From Pseudomonas aeruginosa PAO1 (GTDB taxonomy: Bacteria; Pseudomonadota; Gammaproteobacteria; Pseudomonadales; Pseudomonadaceae): DNA of 64,000 bases. Positions within the stretch are counted from its first letter, which is position 1. The number at the start of each line of letters is the position of its first letter. Below the pieces are notes generated by a model. The model saw only the letters and a list, made by a program, of their open reading frames with translations. It made no database searches and was not told the DNA's origin. The stretch lies in assembly GCF_000006765.1 (NCBI RefSeq), contig NC_002516.2. The stretch is one strand, 5' to 3'. Positions 31,377-42,543 of the stretch are shown in pieces. Both the position numbers and the translations under genes were made by a program.

Positions 31377-31405
31377 AACCGCCGCCCTGTGCGGCGGTTT
31401 CTTTT
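31377..31405 (+). terminator. Intrinsic terminator
   Basis: AACCGCCGC/GCGGCGGTT stem followed by TCTTTT. Confidence 0.75.
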
Positions 31406-31508
31406 CCTCAGAACGATTCAATAAATCGATAGGAATCACATAAAACTCGCATCCATATATCGATCGTAGAGGACTATCATCGAGCCATACACGAACCAGG
31501 AGGTTCCC

Positions 31509-32366
31509 ATGACCCGCTACCGTGATGTCCTCGAACTGCATACCGGCCACCCCGCCTCCGATGGCGCCGGCGTCCGCCTGACCCGCGTGATCGGCGGCCC
31601 GTCCCCGGAACGCTTCGACCCGTTCCTGATGCTCGACCAGTTCGATACCCAGAACCCGGATGACTATGTCGCCGGTTTCCCTTCGCACCCGCACCGCGGC
31701 TTCGAGACCGTGACCTACATGCTCGAAGGGCGTATGCGCCACGAAGACCACCTCGGCAATCGCGGCCTGCTCAAGCCCGGCGGCGTACAGTGGATGACCG
31801 CCGCCCACGGCATCATCCACAGCGAGATGCCGGAACAGGTGGAAGGCGCGATGCGTGGCTTCCAGCTGTGGGTCAACCTGCCGGCGAAGAACAAGCTGGC
31901 CCCGGCCGGCTATCGCGATATCGAGCCGGAAGACGTGCCGCGCCTGGAAACCGCCGGAGGCGTGAAGGTCACGGTGATCGCCGGTCGCTTCGACGACGGC
32001 CAGGCGCAGCAGATCGGCGCCGTGGAAAGGCCGGACACCGAGCCGCACTACTACGACCTGCAACTGCCTGCCGGCGGCCGCATCGCCCCGCGCCTGCCGG
32101 ACGGCCATCGCGTGCTGCTGTACGTCTACGAAGGCAGCCTGACGGTGGAAGGCGAACGCCCGGTGGAAATCGCCACCAATCGCCTGGCTCGGCTGTCCGA
32201 AGAAGGGGAACTGAGCCTGCGCAGCGAAGCCGGCGCCCGGGTACTGGTTCTCGCCGGCAAGCCGTTGCACGAGCCGATCGTCCAGTACGGTCCGTTCGTG
32301 ATGAACAGCCGCGAGGAAATCGAGCAGGCGCTACGCGACTATCGCGACGGTGTCCTGGCCGTCTGA
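31509..32366 (+). CDS. Pirin-family protein
   Basis: HPHRGFETVTY, HEDH, QWMTAAHGIIHSE. Confidence 0.93.
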   Translation: MTRYRDVLELHTGHPASDGAGVRLTRVIGGPSPERFDPFLMLDQFDTQNPDDYVAGFPSHPHRGFETVTYMLEGRMRHEDHLGNRGLLKPGGVQWMTAAHGIIHSEMPEQVEGAMRGFQLWVNLPAKNKLAPAGYRDIEPEDVPRLETAGGVKVTVIAGRFDDGQAQQIGAVERPDTEPHYYDLQLPAGGRIAPRLPDGHRVLLYVYEGSLTVEGERPVEIATNRLARLSEEGELSLRSEAGARVLVLAGKPLHEPIVQYGPFVMNSREEIEQALRDYRDGVLAV

Positions 32367-32376
32367 GCCGTGCGCG

Positions 32377-32400
32377 AGCCGCCCTTCGGGGCGGTTTTTT
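32377..32400 (+). terminator. Intrinsic terminator
   Basis: AGCCGCCC-TTCG-GGGCGGTT followed by a T-run. Confidence 0.85.
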
Positions 32401-32429
32401 CCTTCCGCCTGTCCCGTCCTGAATAAGGT

Positions 32430-33599
32430 TTACCGCTCGATCCGCAGGAAGCGCTCCAGTTCCGTCCGCTTGCCCATCGCATCGTGGTAGCCCAGTTCGA
32501 TCAGTTCGCTGCAATAGCCGCGCTCGAACAACAGGTAGCTCAATACCCCCGCCCCGCTGGCGCGGGTCGCTCCGGGACCGCGCAGGAAAAGCCGCAGCAC
32601 CCGCGACAGCTCCCGGTAGTGCCGCGCGGCGATCTCGTCCAGCGGCCGGCTCGGCGACACCAGCAATACCTCCACCGGCTCCAGCCCACCCGCCTGGCGG
32701 CGCACCTCCGGCGCCACCAACTGGCCGATCTGGTTCATCCGCTGCAACTGCTCGATGTCGCCTTCCAGGCTGTCGATGAAGGTGCTGTTCAACAGGTGGG
32801 CGCCGATCTGCGCCAGGCTCGGCGGTCGGTCGGACGGCGGCAGGCCGGTCATGGCACTGTCGCCACCGGTGGCCGGGTTGCCGCTGACGCCGATCACCAG
32901 CACCCGCGTGGCGCCCAGGTGCAACGCCGGGCTGATGGGCGCCTGGGAACGCACCGCGCCGTCGCCGAAGTATTCGCGGTTGATCCGCACCGGCGGGAAC
33001 AGCAGCGGGATCGCCGCGCTGGCCAGCAGGTGCCGAAGCTCCAGGCGGGTGGGAATGCCCAGGCGCCGATGGCGTACCCAGGGATCGATGGTCGCGCGCC
33101 CCTGGTAGAAGGTCACCGCCTGCCCCGACTCGTAGCCGAACGCGGTCACCGCCACCGCGCGCAACTGGCGCTGGCGCACCGCCGCATGAATCCCGGAAAA
33201 ATCCAGCTCACGTGCCAGCAGCTCATGCAACGGCCGGTTGTCCAGCAACGCCACCGGCACCCGCCGCCCCAGGCCGAGCAGGCTATGGCCGAGGAAGCGC
33301 GAGGCCTGGCGGGTCACGCCCGGCCAGTCGCTGCGATAGACATGTTCGGTGCGGAATCCCTGCCAGACCGCGGTCAGGCGCTGGATCGCCTGGCGGAATT
33401 GCAGGGCGCCGCAAGCCAGGCCAACGGCGTTGATGGCGCCGGCGGAGGTACCGACGATGACCGGGAAAGGATTGCCGGCGCTGTCCGGCAGCAGGTCGGC
33501 GATGGCGGCCAGGACCCCGACCTGGTAGGCCGCGCGGGCGCCGCCCCCGGAAAGGATCAGGCCGGTGAGCGGCGGACGTGGGGCAAGGGGATCGGACAC
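32430..33599 (-). CDS. Patatin-like phospholipase
   Basis: SGGGARAAYQ, GTSAG, DGA motifs. Confidence 0.9.
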   Translation of the reverse strand: MSDPLAPRPPLTGLILSGGGARAAYQVGVLAAIADLLPDSAGNPFPVIVGTSAGAINAVGLACGALQFRQAIQRLTAVWQGFRTEHVYRSDWPGVTRQASRFLGHSLLGLGRRVPVALLDNRPLHELLARELDFSGIHAAVRQRQLRAVAVTAFGYESGQAVTFYQGRATIDPWVRHRRLGIPTRLELRHLLASAAIPLLFPPVRINREYFGDGAVRSQAPISPALHLGATRVLVIGVSGNPATGGDSAMTGLPPSDRPPSLAQIGAHLLNSTFIDSLEGDIEQLQRMNQIGQLVAPEVRRQAGGLEPVEVLLVSPSRPLDEIAARHYRELSRVLRLFLRGPGATRASGAGVLSYLLFERGYCSELIELGYHDAMGKRTELERFLRIER

Positions 33600-33666
33600 A
33601 GCGGGGCTTCCGTCATGAACTGCGGCGAGTATAGCCAGACCCCGCGCGCGTCCGGAATGCCCGTCC

Positions 33667-34605
33667 TCAGCGCTTGCGCCGTTTCGGATAGAGCTTGGCT
33701 TCGCCTGGCGGGCGGGTCTTGAAACGCCGGTGCGCCCACAGGTACTGCTCGGGCTGCTGGCGCACGCAGCGCTCGACCCACTGGTTGATCCGCAGGCAAT
33801 CGGCTTCCTCGCTCTCGCCGGGGAAGTCCTCCAGCGGCGGGTGGATGGTCAGGCGATAACCGCTGCCATCGGCCAGGCGGCTCTGGGTGAACGGCAACAC
33901 CCGCGCCCGGCCCAGGCGGGCGAACTTGGTGGTGGCGGTGACGGTGGCCGCCGGGATGCCGAACAGCGGCACGAACAGGCTCTGCTTGGCGCCGTAGTCC
34001 TGGTCCGGTGCGTACCAGATGGCGCGGCCGCCACGCAGCACCTTGAGCATCGAGCGCACGTCCTCGCGCTCGATGGCGGTGGCATCGAGGTTGTGCCGCT
34101 CGCGGCCACGGCGCTGGACGTAGTCGAACACCGGGTTGTCGTGCTCACGGTACATGCCGTCGATGGTGTGCACCTGGCCGAGCAGCGCCGCGCCGATCTC
34201 CAGGGTGGTGAAATGCAGGGCCATGAGGATCACCCCCTCGCCCTGCGCCTGGGCCTCGCGCAGATGCTCCAGGCCTTCTATATGGGCAAGACGGGCCAGG
34301 CGCGCCTTCGGCCACCACCAGCTCATGGCCATCTCGAAGAAGGCGATGCCGCTGGAGGCGAAGTTCTCCTTCAGCAGACGCTCGCGTTCGGCGGGCGACT
34401 TTTCCGGAAAGCACAGTTCGAGGTTGCGCGCGGCAATCTCGCGGCGCGAGCCGACCAAGCGGTACATCAGCGCCCCCAGGCCACGGCCGAGCATCAGCAG
34501 GACGGGATACGGCAACTGCACCACCAGCCAGAGCAGTCCCAGGCCGAACCAGAGCGGCCAGTAGCGGGGATGGAGGAAAGCGCTGGAGAAACGGGGGCGA
34601 TCCAT
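33667..34605 (-). CDS. htrB: Lipid A lauroyl acyltransferase (LpxL/HtrB)
   Basis: HFTTLE, PDQDYG, QYLWAHRRFKTRP. Confidence 0.92.
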   Translation of the reverse strand: MDRPRFSSAFLHPRYWPLWFGLGLLWLVVQLPYPVLLMLGRGLGALMYRLVGSRREIAARNLELCFPEKSPAERERLLKENFASSGIAFFEMAMSWWWPKARLARLAHIEGLEHLREAQAQGEGVILMALHFTTLEIGAALLGQVHTIDGMYREHDNPVFDYVQRRGRERHNLDATAIEREDVRSMLKVLRGGRAIWYAPDQDYGAKQSLFVPLFGIPAATVTATTKFARLGRARVLPFTQSRLADGSGYRLTIHPPLEDFPGESEEADCLRINQWVERCVRQQPEQYLWAHRRFKTRPPGEAKLYPKRRKR

Positions 34606-34764
34606 GGACGGTTCCGACGACGATCAAAGCCCGCCATTCTACCCTGCCCGCCGTCCCGGCGGGACGCCGCGTTGCCGATCGACGCCGCCCCGGCTATCTG
34701 CCACGCTTGCGGGCATCCGGCGTTCTCGTTATAAGTCCCTGCAATTCAACGACCGACAAGCCCC

Positions 34765-35556
34765 ATGAGCCAAGCCGACCTCCTCGATCAAGACCCCGTA
34801 TTCCAGCTCAAGGGCAGCATGCTCGCGGTGACCATCCTCGAACTGGCGCACAACGACCTGGCGAGGCTCGAACGGCAACTCGCCGACAAAGTGGCGCAAG
34901 CGCCCAACTTCTTCCGCGACACCCCCCTGGTCATGGCCCTCGACAAGCTGCCCGAAGGCGAAGGCCGCCTCGACCTGCCGGCGCTCCTCGAGGTCTGTCG
35001 CCGCCACGGCCTGCGCACCCTGGCGATCCGCGCCGGGCGCGAGGAGGACATCGCCGCCGCCCAGGCCCTGGACCTGCCGGTGCTACCGCCCTCGGGCGCC
35101 CGCGAACGACCGCTGGACATCAAGGACAGCGCCCCGCGCAAGCCTGCCGAAGAGCCCAGCCCGAGCGCCGGTGAAGCCAGGCCCGAGCCGGCCAAGGCGG
35201 AAGAGAAGCCCGCCGAGCCCGTCAGTCGCCCGACCAAGGTGGTGAAGACCCCGGTGCGCGGCGGCATGCAGATCTACGCCGCCGGCGGCGACCTGATCGT
35301 GCTGGCCGCGGTCAGTCCCGGCGCGGAACTTCTCGCCGACGGAAACATCCATGTGTACGGCCCGATGCGCGGACGCGCACTGGCCGGCGTGAAAGGCGAC
35401 GCCACGGCGCGAATCTTCTGCCAGCAGCTGGCCGCCGAACTGGTCTCCATCGCCGGTAACTACAAGGTCGCGGAGGACCTGCGACGCAGCCCGCAGTGGG
35501 GCAAGGCAGTGCACGTCAGCCTGTCGGGTGACGTGTTGAACATCACCCGCCTTTAA
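34765..35556 (+). CDS. minC: Septum site-determining protein MinC
   Basis: FQLKGS; VRGGMQIYA; [16 protein letters not shown]. Confidence 0.97.
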   Translation: MSQADLLDQDPVFQLKGSMLAVTILELAHNDLARLERQLADKVAQAPNFFRDTPLVMALDKLPEGEGRLDLPALLEVCRRHGLRTLAIRAGREEDIAAAQALDLPVLPPSGARERPLDIKDSAPRKPAEEPSPSAGEARPEPAKAEEKPAEPVSRPTKVVKTPVRGGMQIYAAGGDLIVLAAVSPGAELLADGNIHVYGPMRGRALAGVKGDATARIFCQQLAAELVSIAGNYKVAEDLRRSPQWGKAVHVSLSGDVLNITRL

Positions 35557-35617
35557 CGGATACTGCCGCCACTTTCAGGGACCAGAATTCTTACGTTTTT
35601 CATTGGGGTGAATCACC

Positions 35618-36433
35618 TTGGCCAAAATTCTCGTAGTCACTTCCGGTAAGGGTGGCGTCGGTAAAACCACCACCAGCGCAGCTATCGGCACCGGCCTGGC
35701 CTTGCGCGGTTTCAAGACCGTCATCGTCGACTTCGACGTCGGCCTGCGTAACCTCGACCTTATCATGGGCTGCGAACGCCGCGTGGTGTACGACTTCGTC
35801 AACGTCGTCAACGGCGAGGCCACCCTCACCCAGGCCCTGATCAAGGACAAGCGCCTCGAAAACCTGCATGTCCTGGCCGCCAGCCAGACCCGCGACAAGG
35901 ACGCCCTGACCAAGGAAGGCGTCGAGAAAGTCATGGCCGAACTGCGCAAGGATTTCGAATACATCATCTGCGACTCCCCGGCGGGCATCGAGAAAGGCGC
36001 CCACCTGGCCATGTACTTCGCCGACGAAGCGATCGTCGTGACCAACCCCGAGGTTTCCTCGGTACGCGACTCCGACCGCATGCTCGGCCTGCTGGCAAGC
36101 AAGTCGCAGCGCGCCGAGAAAGGCGAGGAGCCGATCAAGGAACACCTGCTGCTGACCCGCTACAACCCGGAGCGCGTCACCAAGGGCGAGATGCTCGGCG
36201 TCGACGACGTCGAGGAGATCCTCGCCATCCGCCTGCTCGGGGTGATCCCGGAATCCCAGGCCGTGCTCAAGGCGTCGAACCAGGGCGTGCCGGTGATCCT
36301 CGACGAGCAGAGCGACGCCGGCCAGGCGTACAGCGATGCGGTCGACCGCCTGCTCGGCAAGGAAATACCGCATCGATTCCTCGATGTGCAGAAGAAAGGA
36401 TTCCTGCAAAGACTGTTCGGAGGACGTGAATGA
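35618..36433 (+). CDS. minD: Septum site-determining ATPase MinD
   Basis: [20 protein letters not shown]; C-terminal amphipathic helix. Confidence 0.98.
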   Translation: MAKILVVTSGKGGVGKTTTSAAIGTGLALRGFKTVIVDFDVGLRNLDLIMGCERRVVYDFVNVVNGEATLTQALIKDKRLENLHVLAASQTRDKDALTKEGVEKVMAELRKDFEYIICDSPAGIEKGAHLAMYFADEAIVVTNPEVSSVRDSDRMLGLLASKSQRAEKGEEPIKEHLLLTRYNPERVTKGEMLGVDDVEEILAIRLLGVIPESQAVLKASNQGVPVILDEQSDAGQAYSDAVDRLLGKEIPHRFLDVQKKGFLQRLFGGRE

Positions 36434-36684
36434 GCCTTTTAGACTTCTTTCGCAGTCGGAAATCGCAGAACAGCGCTTCCATCGCGAAAGAACGACTGCA
36501 GATCATCGTTGCCCACGAACGTGGCCAGCGCGCACAGCCGGATTATCTGCCCCAGTTGCAGAAAGACCTGCTGGAAGTGATCCGCAAGTACGTACCGATC
36601 GACCAGGAGCAGATCCAGGTGGAACTGGAGAACCAGGGCAACTGCTCGATCCTGGAACTCAACATCACCCTGCCGGATCGTTGA
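36430..36684 (+). CDS. minE: Cell division topological specificity factor MinE
   Basis: [17 protein letters not shown]. Confidence 0.98.
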   Translation: MSLLDFFRSRKSQNSASIAKERLQIIVAHERGQRAQPDYLPQLQKDLLEVIRKYVPIDQEQIQVELENQGNCSILELNITLPDR

Positions 36685-36772
36685 TTCGCCCAGGGTCCAT
36701 ACTGCGGCGGCCATTGGCCGCCGCAGTCGTTTCACCGAGCCTGCCCGCCAGGCTCCCTGCCGCCTCCCGGCG

Positions 36773-37423
36773 ATGAGCCCGTTCGCTATGCCGCTGTCCC
36801 AGATCCGAATCGTTCACCAGGATGACGCCCTGCTGGTGGTCGACAAGCCCACCCTGCTGCTGTCGGTGCCCGGCCGCGCCGATGACAACAAGGACTGCCT
36901 GGTCACCCGCCTGCAGGAAAACGGCTATCCCGAGGCCCGCATCGTCCACCGCCTGGACTGGGAAACCTCCGGCCTGATGGTGCTCGCCCGCGACGCCGAC
37001 AGCCACCGCGAGCTGTCCCGCCAGTTCCACGACCGCGAGACCGAGAAAGCCTATACCGCCCTTTGCTGGGGCCTGCCGGAACTGGACAGCGGGCGCATCG
37101 AACTGCCGCTGCGCTACGACCCGCCGACCAAGCCGCGTCACGTGGTGGACTTCGAGCACGGCCGCCACGCCCTGACCTTCTGGCGTGTGATCGAGCGTCA
37201 TGAACGCTGGAGCAGGGTCGAGCTGACGCCGATCACCGGCCGTTCGCACCAGTTGCGCGTGCACATGCTCTCCATCGGCCATCCGCTGCTCGGCGACCGC
37301 CTCTACGCCAACCCCGAAGCCCTCGCCGCCCACGAACGCCTGTGCCTGCACGCCAGCCTGCTGTGCCTGACCCATCCGCAGAGCGGCGAACGCCTGCGCT
37401 TCGAGTCGCCGGCGCCGTTCTGA
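36773..37423 (+). CDS. rluA: RluA-family pseudouridine synthase
   Basis: VHRLDWETSG, TGRSHQLRVH; start could be 36788. Confidence 0.9.
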   Translation: MSPFAMPLSQIRIVHQDDALLVVDKPTLLLSVPGRADDNKDCLVTRLQENGYPEARIVHRLDWETSGLMVLARDADSHRELSRQFHDRETEKAYTALCWGLPELDSGRIELPLRYDPPTKPRHVVDFEHGRHALTFWRVIERHERWSRVELTPITGRSHQLRVHMLSIGHPLLGDRLYANPEALAAHERLCLHASLLCLTHPQSGERLRFESPAPF

Positions 37424-37591
37424 GCCTTCCCCGCCGCGTCCCGGCCCGCCGGGACGCCGCCCGCCGATTTCCGGTACCCCGTCTTGCCATACAACGACCA
37501 GCTTCCGCTTTTTCTGGCCGGCCCCGCCGCCAACGACCTGAACCCCGTCGGACAATACGATAGACTGCATGGATTGCCGTCCGGAGCCACT

Positions 37592-38881
37592 ATGCGCGCA
37601 GAACTCAACCAGGGCCTGATCGATTTCCTCAAGGCCTCGCCCACGCCTTTCCATGCCACCGCCAGCCTCGCCCGCCGCCTGGAAGCCGCCGGCTACCGCC
37701 GCCTCGACGAGCGCGACGCCTGGCACACCGAAACCGGCGGCCGCTACTACGTGACCCGTAACGACTCGTCGCTGATCGCCATCCGCCTGGGCCGTCGCTC
37801 GCCCCTGGAAAGCGGCTTCCGCCTGGTCGGCGCGCACACCGACAGCCCCTGCCTGCGGGTCAAGCCGAACCCGGAGATCGCTCGCAACGGCTTCCTCCAG
37901 CTCGGCGTCGAAGTCTATGGCGGCGCCCTCTTCGCCCCCTGGTTCGACCGTGACCTGTCACTGGCCGGGCGCGTCACCTTCCGCGCCAATGGCAAGCTGG
38001 AAAGCCGCCTGGTCGACTTCCGCAAGGCCATCGCGGTAATCCCCAACCTGGCCATCCATCTCAACCGCGCCGCCAACGAGGGTTGGCCGATCAACGCGCA
38101 GAACGAACTGCCGCCGATCATCGCCCAGCTGGCGCCGGGCGAGGCCGCCGACTTCCGCCTGCTGCTCGACGAACAGCTGCTGCGCGAGCACGGCATCACC
38201 GCCGACGTGGTACTGGACTACGAGCTGTCGTTCTACGACACCCAGTCCGCCGCGGTGGTAGGTCTCAACGACGAGTTCATCGCCGGGGCGCGCCTGGACA
38301 ACCTGCTGTCCTGCCACGCCGGCCTGGAAGCCCTGCTCAACGCCGAAGGCGACGAGAACTGCATCCTGGTCTGCACCGACCACGAGGAAGTCGGTTCCTG
38401 TTCGCATTGCGGCGCCGACGGTCCGTTCCTCGAACAGGTACTGCGCCGCCTGCTGCCGGAAGGCGACGCCTTCAGCCGGGCGATCCAGCGCTCGCTGCTG
38501 GTCTCGGCCGACAACGCCCATGGCGTACACCCGAACTACGCCGACAGGCACGACGCCAACCATGGCCCGGCGCTGAACGGCGGTCCGGTGATCAAGATCA
38601 ACAGCAACCAGCGCTATGCCACCAACAGCGAAACCGCCGGCTTCTTCCGCCACCTCTGCCAGGACAGCGAAGTGCCGGTGCAGAGCTTCGTGACCCGCAG
38701 CGACATGGGATGCGGCTCGACCATCGGCCCGATCACCGCCAGCCAGGTCGGCGTGCGCACCGTCGACATAGGCCTGCCGACCTTCGCCATGCACTCGATT
38801 CGCGAGCTGGCCGGTAGCCATGACCTGGCGCACCTGGTCAAGGTGCTCGGCGCCTTCTACGCCAGCAGCGAGCTGCCCTGA
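37592..38881 (+). CDS. apeB: M18 aspartyl aminopeptidase
   Basis: AHTDSP, RLDNL, DHEEVGS, DNAH, AMHSIRE. Confidence 0.92.
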   Translation: MRAELNQGLIDFLKASPTPFHATASLARRLEAAGYRRLDERDAWHTETGGRYYVTRNDSSLIAIRLGRRSPLESGFRLVGAHTDSPCLRVKPNPEIARNGFLQLGVEVYGGALFAPWFDRDLSLAGRVTFRANGKLESRLVDFRKAIAVIPNLAIHLNRAANEGWPINAQNELPPIIAQLAPGEAADFRLLLDEQLLREHGITADVVLDYELSFYDTQSAAVVGLNDEFIAGARLDNLLSCHAGLEALLNAEGDENCILVCTDHEEVGSCSHCGADGPFLEQVLRRLLPEGDAFSRAIQRSLLVSADNAHGVHPNYADRHDANHGPALNGGPVIKINSNQRYATNSETAGFFRHLCQDSEVPVQSFVTRSDMGCGSTIGPITASQVGVRTVDIGLPTFAMHSIRELAGSHDLAHLVKVLGAFYASSELP

Positions 38882-38923
38882 GCGCCAGCCGCGCTCACGC
38901 CCCGGGCATTCGCCCGGGGCCAC

Positions 38924-39475
38924 TCAGGCGTGCGCAGCGTGCCATTCGCTGCGCAACAGCGTGTAGATCGCATGGTCGTGGGCACGCCCGGCGATGATCT
39001 CGTTGGCCCGGATCACTCCGTCGCGCCGGAAGCCCTGGCGCTCGGCGGCGCGCTGGCTGCGCAGGTTCTCGGTGGAACAGCGGATCACCAGGCGCTGCCG
39101 GTCGTAGCCAAGGAAACCCAGCTCGATCGTCTTCCCCAACGCCCTGGCCAGCAGCCCGCGCCCTTGCGCGGACGCCGCCAGCCAGTAGCCGATGCTGGCG
39201 CTGCGACTGTCCTCGGTGAAGTCGTGCAGGTCGATGACGCCGACCAGGCATCCGGATTCGACGATCCCGCAGCGGCAGCTCCTGCGCTCCGCCCACAACC
39301 GCTGGCCTTCGCCAATGAAACGGCGGGTATCGTCCACGCTCTGCGTCAGCGGCACCCACGGCATCCAGGGCGCCAGGTGCTCGCTGTTGGCACGTACCAG
39401 GCGGAACAGTTCCTCCGCGCGCGGCTGGTCGAGCAGCTCCAGGTGCAGATCGGACGAAATCGGCAGTATGAACAT
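38924..39475 (-). CDS. RimL/RimJ-type GNAT acetyltransferase
   Basis: IGYWLA..AQGRG; N.RSQRAAERQGF. Confidence 0.88.
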   Translation of the reverse strand: MFILPISSDLHLELLDQPRAEELFRLVRANSEHLAPWMPWVPLTQSVDDTRRFIGEGQRLWAERRSCRCGIVESGCLVGVIDLHDFTEDSRSASIGYWLAASAQGRGLLARALGKTIELGFLGYDRQRLVIRCSTENLRSQRAAERQGFRRDGVIRANEIIAGRAHDHAIYTLLRSEWHAAHA

Positions 39476-39540
39476 GCGAGGGCTCCTTTTCCCGGAGCCC
39501 CATCCTCGCAGAAGGTGCCGCAGGTCGTCGACGCGTGGCG

Positions 39541-40257
39541 TTACTGCGGTACCTCGACGCTGATATGGATGGCGTCGTGGCGCCAGAACTCCAGGTCGCA
39601 GTCGATCAGCCGACCACGCTGGTCGCGGTTGATCCGGCTGATGCGCAGGGCCGGGCTGCCCACCGCCACCTTCAGCGGCGCCGCAGCCTCGGCATGCAGT
39701 GCGGTGGGCACCATGTCGAAACGCACCCGCCCATAGTGGATGCCGTACTCGCTGGCATAGAGTTCGGTCAGCGAGCGGGTCAGGTCGTGGCCGAGGATTC
39801 CGGGGAAGTACTGCGCGTTCAGGTAGTGCTCGACATACAGCACCAGCCGCCCGTCCACCCGCCGCGCCCGGCGGATCTGGTAGACGCTGGACAGCGCCGG
39901 CAGCTCCAGCAGCTCGCAGACCGCCGCGCTCGCCGGCATCTGCCGGGCCGACAGAACCTCGGTCGCCGGCACCCGGCCCTGTTCGCTGACCATCGCATGG
40001 AAGTGACTGCGGACCAGCGGGTTGTAGGCCAGCCGCTCGGGGGAGACGAACCAGCCGCGGCGCTCCTCGCGATAGATCAGGCCCTGCGACTCCAGTTGGA
40101 TTAGCGCCTCGCGCAGGGTGATCCGGGTCGTCGCGAACAGCTCGCTGAGCTTGCGCTCGGCCGGCAGCTTGCCACCCGCCGGCAGCAGACCATGGCCGAT
40201 CTGCTCGCTGAGCGCCCGGCAGATCGCCGTTACGGTGGGTAGCGCTTCGTCACGCAT
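39541..40257 (-). CDS. GntR/HutC (UTRA) regulator, PhnR-like
   Basis: KLPAERKLSELFATTRITLREAL HTH plus a UTRA domain. Confidence 0.9.
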   Translation of the reverse strand: MRDEALPTVTAICRALSEQIGHGLLPAGGKLPAERKLSELFATTRITLREALIQLESQGLIYREERRGWFVSPERLAYNPLVRSHFHAMVSEQGRVPATEVLSARQMPASAAVCELLELPALSSVYQIRRARRVDGRLVLYVEHYLNAQYFPGILGHDLTRSLTELYASEYGIHYGRVRFDMVPTALHAEAAAPLKVAVGSPALRISRINRDQRGRLIDCDLEFWRHDAIHISVEVPQ

Positions 40258-40272
40258 CGACAGCTTCCTTAT

Positions 40273-40284
40273 TGGTCTAGTCCA
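40273..40284. promoter_or_regulatory. HutC/PhnF-type operator 1
   Basis: TGGTCTAGTCCA, 11/12 match to the palindrome TGGTCTAGACCA, 15 bp upstream of the regulator ATG. Confidence 0.65.
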
Positions 40285-40352
40285 GCCCCAACAAGGGGCA
40301 TTTCCGCCGGCCCGCCCTGTGCCTCCGGCTCGTCCGATGCTAGGAAACCCAG

Positions 40353-40370
40353 ATGACCGGGACGTGACAG
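40353..40370 (-). promoter_or_regulatory. Pho box facing the regulator gene
   Basis: Minus strand CTGTCAC-GTCC-CGGTCAT. Confidence 0.65.
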
Positions 40371-40479
40371 GTACAAGACAACGGTCTTCCCGGAGGCGCC
40401 CGGCGCCCATGGAATCGAGGGCTTAAGCATGGTCTACGCTTCTGCGGATGCAAGCCGCGGCGATGCCAGGCGCGGCTAG

Positions 40480-40497
40480 CTGACATGAAACCGTCAT
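40480..40497 (+). promoter_or_regulatory. Pho box facing the ABC operon
   Basis: CTGACAT-GAAA-CCGTCAT. Confidence 0.7.
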
Positions 40498-40527
40498 CCA
40501 GCGGCTCTAGATTGGCCTGGGTCTTGC

Positions 40528-40539
40528 TGATCTAGACCA
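40528..40539. promoter_or_regulatory. HutC/PhnF-type operator 2
   Basis: TGATCTAGACCA, 11/12 match to the same palindrome, 30 bp downstream of the Pho box. Confidence 0.65.
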
Positions 40540-40620
40540 CACCCGCGGCAGTCCCGCCCGAAGGAGCGTCGAGAACTCCCGAGGCTGCCCGACCGAACCT
40601 CTCGAACGAAGGAGCACCGA

Positions 40621-41679
40621 ATGAAACGCATGCTTGCTTCATTGCTGGGAACCGCCATCGCCCTCGGCAGCGGCCTGGCGTTGGCCGCCGAAGCGGACCT
40701 GCAGGCGCTGGAACAGGCCGCGCGCAAGGAAGGCCAGGTCAACAGCGTCGGCATGCCCGACAGCTGGGCGAACTGGAAGGACACCTGGAAGGACCTTGAG
40801 AGCAAGTATGGGCTCAAGCACATGGATACCGACATGAGTTCGGCCCAGGAGCTGGCCAAGTTCAAGGCCGAGAAGGACAACGCCAGCGCCGACATCGGCG
40901 ACGTCGGCGCCGCCTTCGGCCCCATCGCCGTGCAGCAGGGCGTCAGCCAGCCGTACAAGCCGAGCACCTGGGAACAGATCCCGGCCTGGGCCAAGGACCA
41001 GGACGGCCACTGGGCACTCGCCTACACCGGGACCATCGCCTTCATCGTCAACAAACAACTGGTGAAGGACGTACCGCACAGCTGGGCCGACCTGCTGCAG
41101 GGCAAGTACAAGGTCACCATCGGCGACGTCAGCGCTGCCGCCCAGGCGGTCAATGGGGTGCTCGCCGCGGCCATCGCCAACGGCGGCGACGAGAAGAACA
41201 TCAAGCCGGGCCTGGAGTTCTTCGGCAAGATCGCCAAGCAGGGCCGCCTGTCGCTGACCAACCCGGTGATCGCCACCCTGGAAAAGGGCGAGGTCGAAGT
41301 CGGCATCGTCTGGGACTTCAACGGCCTCAGCTACCGCCAGCAGATCGACCCGGAGCGCTTCGAGGTGCTGATCCCCTCGGACGGCTCGGTGATCTCCGGC
41401 TACACCACCATCATCAACAAGTACGCCAAGCACCCGAACGCCGCCAAGCTTGCCCGCGAGTACATCTTCAGCGACGCCGGACAGATCAACCTGGCCAAGG
41501 GCAACGCGCGACCGATCCGCGCCGAGAGCCTGACCCTGCCGGACGACGTGAAGGCCCAACTGCTACCCAACGAGCAGTACGCCAAGGCCCAGCCGATCAA
41601 GGACGCCAAGGCCTGGGAGGAAACCTCCAAGCGCCTGCCGCGGCAGTGGCAGGAAGCGGTGATCATCAACATGCAGTGA
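40621..41679 (+). CDS. ABC substrate-binding protein (AfuA/PhnS-like)
   Basis: Signal peptide; SVGMPDSWANW, DTDMSSAQE, GIVWDFN. Confidence 0.88.
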   Translation: MKRMLASLLGTAIALGSGLALAAEADLQALEQAARKEGQVNSVGMPDSWANWKDTWKDLESKYGLKHMDTDMSSAQELAKFKAEKDNASADIGDVGAAFGPIAVQQGVSQPYKPSTWEQIPAWAKDQDGHWALAYTGTIAFIVNKQLVKDVPHSWADLLQGKYKVTIGDVSAAAQAVNGVLAAAIANGGDEKNIKPGLEFFGKIAKQGRLSLTNPVIATLEKGEVEVGIVWDFNGLSYRQQIDPERFEVLIPSDGSVISGYTTIINKYAKHPNAAKLAREYIFSDAGQINLAKGNARPIRAESLTLPDDVKAQLLPNEQYAKAQPIKDAKAWEETSKRLPRQWQEAVIINMQ

Positions 41680-41733
41680 CGCGGAGCGCGGCCGCCCTCC
41701 CCGGCGGCCGCCCCGCATCGACGGATACCCCGA

Positions 41734-42543
41734 ATGCGCCACGACGTCATCCTCGTCCTGCTGGACGGCCTCAACCACAGCGTCGCCCGCGACTGCATGG
41801 GGCATCTCCAGGCCCTCTGCGGCGCCGGCCGCGGCCAGTCGTACCGCCTGGAATGCGAGTTGCCTTCGCTGTCCCGGCCGCTCTACGAATGCATCCTCAC
41901 CGGAGTGCCGCCAATCGATAGCGGCATCCTGCACAACGACGTGGTCCGCCTGAGCCAGGAACAGAGCCTGTTCCACTACGCCCGCGCGGCCGGCCTGAGT
42001 ACCGCGGCAGCGGCCTACCACTGGGTCAGCGAACTGTACAACCGCGCGCCGTTCGACCCGGCCCGCGACCGCCACACCGACGACAGCGCACTGCCGATCC
42101 AGCGCGGACACTTCTACTGGAGCGACCACTATCCGGACTCGCACCTGTTCGCCGACGCGGAAAGCCTGCGCCGCCGGCACGCACCGAACTTCATGCTGGT
42201 CCACTCGATGAACATCGACGACGCCGGGCACAGGCACGGCCTCGCCAGCCCCGCCTACCGCAACGCCGCGCGGCGCGCCGACGCACTGCTGTCGGAATAC
42301 CTGCACCAGTGGCTGGCGGCCGGCTACCAGGTGGCGATCACCGCCGATCACGGAATGAACGAGGACCGCAGCCACGGCGGCATCCTCGAGGAGGAGCGCG
42401 AGGTGCCGCTGTTCGTCTTCGGCGACGCCTTCAGCCGCGACGACCTGGCGCAACCGCTGCAGACCGACCTCTGCGGCACGCTCTGCGAAATCCTCGGCGC
42501 CGCCCACGACAAACCCGTCTGCCGGGAGCTGCTCGCCCCATGA
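41734..42543 (+). CDS. Alkaline phosphatase superfamily hydrolase (NPP/PhnA-like)
   Basis: LLDGL, PSLSRP nucleophile segment, DDAGH, TADHG metal ligands; no signal peptide. Confidence 0.85.
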   Translation: MRHDVILVLLDGLNHSVARDCMGHLQALCGAGRGQSYRLECELPSLSRPLYECILTGVPPIDSGILHNDVVRLSQEQSLFHYARAAGLSTAAAAYHWVSELYNRAPFDPARDRHTDDSALPIQRGHFYWSDHYPDSHLFADAESLRRRHAPNFMLVHSMNIDDAGHRHGLASPAYRNAARRADALLSEYLHQWLAAGYQVAITADHGMNEDRSHGGILEEEREVPLFVFGDAFSRDDLAQPLQTDLCGTLCEILGAAHDKPVCRELLAP

